Virus record (IMG/VR): IMGVR_UViG_3300042261_000330
Coordinates: 1-36,495 of that record
Direction: 5' to 3' (one strand)
DNA: 36,495 bases
Source: a virus
Lineage: Duplodnaviria; Caudoviricetes
A program made the position numbers and the translations under genes. Positions 34,321 to 36,495 of the stretch are shown piece by piece. Under the pieces are notes generated by a model. The model searched no databases and was not told where the DNA came from. It was given only the letters and a program-made list of their open reading frames with translations. Numbering within the stretch: position 1 is the first letter of the stretch; every line of letters begins with the position of its first letter.

Positions 34321-35751
34321 CTATAATTGTGTAATTGTTAATTCATTTTCATTAGTGGTTCTTGAAGCAATAAACTGTAACCCTTTTTCCTTGCATTTCT
34401 TATACAGCCTGTTTCTGTTTTCTTCGCTCATTTTTTCTGTACCATCGAGAAGAATAATGCTAAGTGCAGAAGGTTTGCTGATTGTAATATCTACGCATAG
34501 ATCGAGTTTTTCGCCGTCCGATAAATTGGAAACTGGTAAGCCGTGTATCAGTGGGATTCCATTAACCACTGTTACACCCTCAACCGGAATACTTGCGGTC
34601 TTAAGTATTTCGCCAGGAAGATTTCTTGCAAGTTCAATCTTTGATGTCAACGCTTCGGATTTTACCTTTAACGCTTCGATTTCCGCTTGCATATCAGTCA
34701 TGCGCTTGTATTCGTTCAAGTGCTTTTTCATTTCTTCTGCTGTAAGTATTTCATTGTTAAGTTCTTCTGTTGCTTCTGGGTCTTTGTCGGCATACTCGTT
34801 AGCAATTCCAATGTCAGCATCAAGCTTGGCAAGTTTTGTTTCGTATTCGGAGTTAGCAATTTTTATTTTATCTTCTAATATAACCGCTAACCCTTTGATT
34901 TTATTTTCTGCTGCCAATATTTCAGCTTTCATTCTTTCAATTGATGCTACTAAACCTTCTTTTTCAGATTGAATTGCTCTTTCCGCAGAAGCTACCGCAA
35001 TTTCCCTTTCGGCTTCATAGCCACGTTTTTTATTGTCGTAACTGTCTTTAAATACTTTTGCCCTTTGGATTTTGCCGTTATGATCCTTTTTCTTTTCAAG
35101 CTCACGATACTTTGTACCCAAGTCGTAAACATTCCATTTTTCAAAGTCATAATTAGTTGGAATATCTTTTGCTATGTCATAAATAAAAGCTTGCTTGTTT
35201 CTTATATCTCTGTTCACGTCTTGTCTGTTTTGAAAATACATTCCGTTTTCAGTTTGTATTTCGTGCAGCACTTGAAGAATGTTCTGATCGTAGTTCACAC
35301 CGGAAGGAATTTCACCAAACTTTTCTCTTATCCAATTCAGATCCCATTTGAAGTCAATTAAATCAAGAATAATTCTGTTTTGCTCCTGCTTTGACATTTC
35401 CGTAAATTCAACTGGATTCAAACTCAAAGTTGTAAAAATATCTTTCAAGAAGTTTTCAGGCTTGGGAACATCCTTGCCGTTTTCCTTTATGCTTTTGTAA
35501 TCCGTTTGTTCTGCTCTTTTTTTTCTGTTGATAGAAAGCCCTGTGTCGGTTTCAATTAAAATTTCTCCCTCGGTTTCTCCGTTTCTGATAATATAATCTC
35601 TTTCGGAGTTATTTGTTAGTGCATACCGGATAGCATCAATTACAGAAGTTTTTCCTACACCATTTGTTCCTGTCAGTTCAACACTTTCACTTCCCATTTG
35701 AAATTCTTTGATGCCAAATAGGTTTTTGATTAAAATTTTTGTAGTTTTCAT
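34321..35751 (-). CDS. SMC/SbcC-like AAA ATPase
   Basis: Walker A GTNGVGKTS, long coiled coil, LSDGE signature, ILLDG Walker B. Confidence 0.85.
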   Translation of the reverse strand: MKTTKILIKNLFGIKEFQMGSESVELTGTNGVGKTSVIDAIRYALTNNSERDYIIRNGETEGEILIETDTGLSINRKKRAEQTDYKSIKENGKDVPKPENFLKDIFTTLSLNPVEFTEMSKQEQNRIILDLIDFKWDLNWIREKFGEIPSGVNYDQNILQVLHEIQTENGMYFQNRQDVNRDIRNKQAFIYDIAKDIPTNYDFEKWNVYDLGTKYRELEKKKDHNGKIQRAKVFKDSYDNKKRGYEAEREIAVASAERAIQSEKEGLVASIERMKAEILAAENKIKGLAVILEDKIKIANSEYETKLAKLDADIGIANEYADKDPEATEELNNEILTAEEMKKHLNEYKRMTDMQAEIEALKVKSEALTSKIELARNLPGEILKTASIPVEGVTVVNGIPLIHGLPVSNLSDGEKLDLCVDITISKPSALSIILLDGTEKMSEENRNRLYKKCKEKGLQFIASRTTNENELTITQL

Positions 35752-35879
35752 TCTCTTTCCCCCTTAAATCTAACGCTGTGTTTCTAGATTAATACCTTTT
35801 TGCATATAACCCCTCCATCATCTCAAACTAAATGTTATTCCTTTGTTTATTACTAATAACCTCGCTAACTTCCTCCAGT

Positions 35880-35996
35880 TCACGCCTCACGCCTCCCTTT
35901 TGCATATCCCTGTATCACACCAAGCAGCCACACGCTACCTAGCATGAGCAATATTAGCAGCCACCTTGCCGCTAGAGGCATTTCTAGCCATGTCAT
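35880..35996 (-). CDS. 38-aa membrane peptide; not in ORF track
   Basis: MTWLEMPLAARWLLILLMLGSVWLLGVIQGYAKGRREA; ATGA overlap, RBS GGGGAGG. Confidence 0.55.
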   Translation of the reverse strand: MTWLEMPLAARWLLILLMLGSVWLLGVIQGYAKGRREA

Positions 35997-36373
35997 GCGA
36001 ATTCCTCCCCCCTGTGCCAAGCCTGGCACTTTGCCAAATCATATCTAATCTGCCCCTCTACCATATGGCAAGGCATACCCAACTTGACCGACCTTGCTAA
36101 ATAGTGTCTGTCACAATTGAATTCGTGACACAATTCGTATTCCGTCATGTTTTCTCTGTCGATAATTTTTACCTCAACCACTGGCTTGGGCTTGCGGCGT
36201 GTTCCCTCTGCCGCCTTGCGTTTTGCGGTGACTCTGCGCTGATATTCTCTCTTTATTTCTTTAGCCCTGTCCTTATTTTTTGACTTCCATTCTTTTGAGT
36301 TGCAAGTCACACTACAATACTTCTTGTTTTTGTGAGCAAGACCCAAATCCTTGCCGCATACTATACATTGCAT
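35993..36373 (-). CDS. Zinc-finger protein with C-terminal excisionase-like winged helix
   Basis: ATG 36373 behind GGAGG; CIVC..YCSVTC; MTEYELCHEF..GMPCHMVEGQIRYDLAKCQAW. Confidence 0.6.
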   Translation of the reverse strand: MQCIVCGKDLGLAHKNKKYCSVTCNSKEWKSKNKDRAKEIKREYQRRVTAKRKAAEGTRRKPKPVVEVKIIDRENMTEYELCHEFNCDRHYLARSVKLGMPCHMVEGQIRYDLAKCQAWHRGEEFA

Positions 36374-36495
36374 AATTTCAACCTCCGTGCTGCTTGTCTT
36401 CCGGGCTTCGTTATTTCCATGTAATACTTGCGCTGATACTCCTGTTCGGCGCACTTGTGGCACATACCGGCTTTATTATTTTGATTGGCTATATA
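36361..36495 (-). CDS. Zinc-finger protein, 3' part (enters from window end)
   Basis: Open frame YIANQNNKAGMCHKCAEQEYQRKYY...LCNV-stop overlapping the next start. Confidence 0.55.
   Translation of the reverse strand, partial: YIANQNNKAGMCHKCAEQEYQRKYYMEITKPGRQAARRLKLCNV

Larger units (their letters stand above)
1..36495. mobile_element. Temperate podovirus-like phage genome (Firmicutes/Clostridia host), near-complete, excised form
   Basis: Lysogeny, replication, packaging, head, short-tail and lysis modules all present; intact attP flanked by phage genes on both sides; no host housekeeping genes; GGAGG/GGAGGTG RBSs. Confidence 0.92.

Noticed and set aside
1-36495. Complete DGR, retron or other RT system
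   Set aside because: No ORF shows reverse transcriptase motifs and I found no second copy of the VR-like segment by eye.
1-36495. Stop-codon reassignment
   Set aside because: Long genes are intact in the standard code and TAA, TAG and TGA all end genes; the few breaks are frameshifts.

Overview
The window is an AT-rich temperate phage genome of a Firmicutes host (most likely Clostridia). It appears to be nearly complete, circularly permuted and in its excised form. A divergent cro/cI switch with repeated operators precedes a tyrosine integrase and an intact attP carrying the 3' half of a tRNA-Pro(GGG) between arm-type repeats. Almost everything else is on the minus strand: recombination/replication genes, an ArpU/RinA-like late activator, TerS/TerL, a P22-like podovirus structural block (portal, scaffold, capsid, adaptor, nozzle, fibre, ejection proteins including an LPD38 protein, no tape measure) and a lysis cassette. 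Four things stand out. (1) A receptor-binding-type gene ends in a region with the codon signature of a DGR variable repeat, yet no template repeat, Avd or reverse transcriptase is present. (2) A tRNA-mimic RNA with an expanded multi-hairpin core sits between terS and a RepL-like gene that has a perfect 23-bp direct repeat upstream. (3) An oppositely oriented five-gene cassette (acidic protein, 45-aa ORF, ArdC, hypothetical, RHH regulator) has its own promoter, candidate operator and repeated leaders, resembling an anti-defence (acr-aca-like) operon. (4) Several single-base frameshifts, two in A runs, may be assembly errors. All family calls are from motif recognition by eye; no searches were run.
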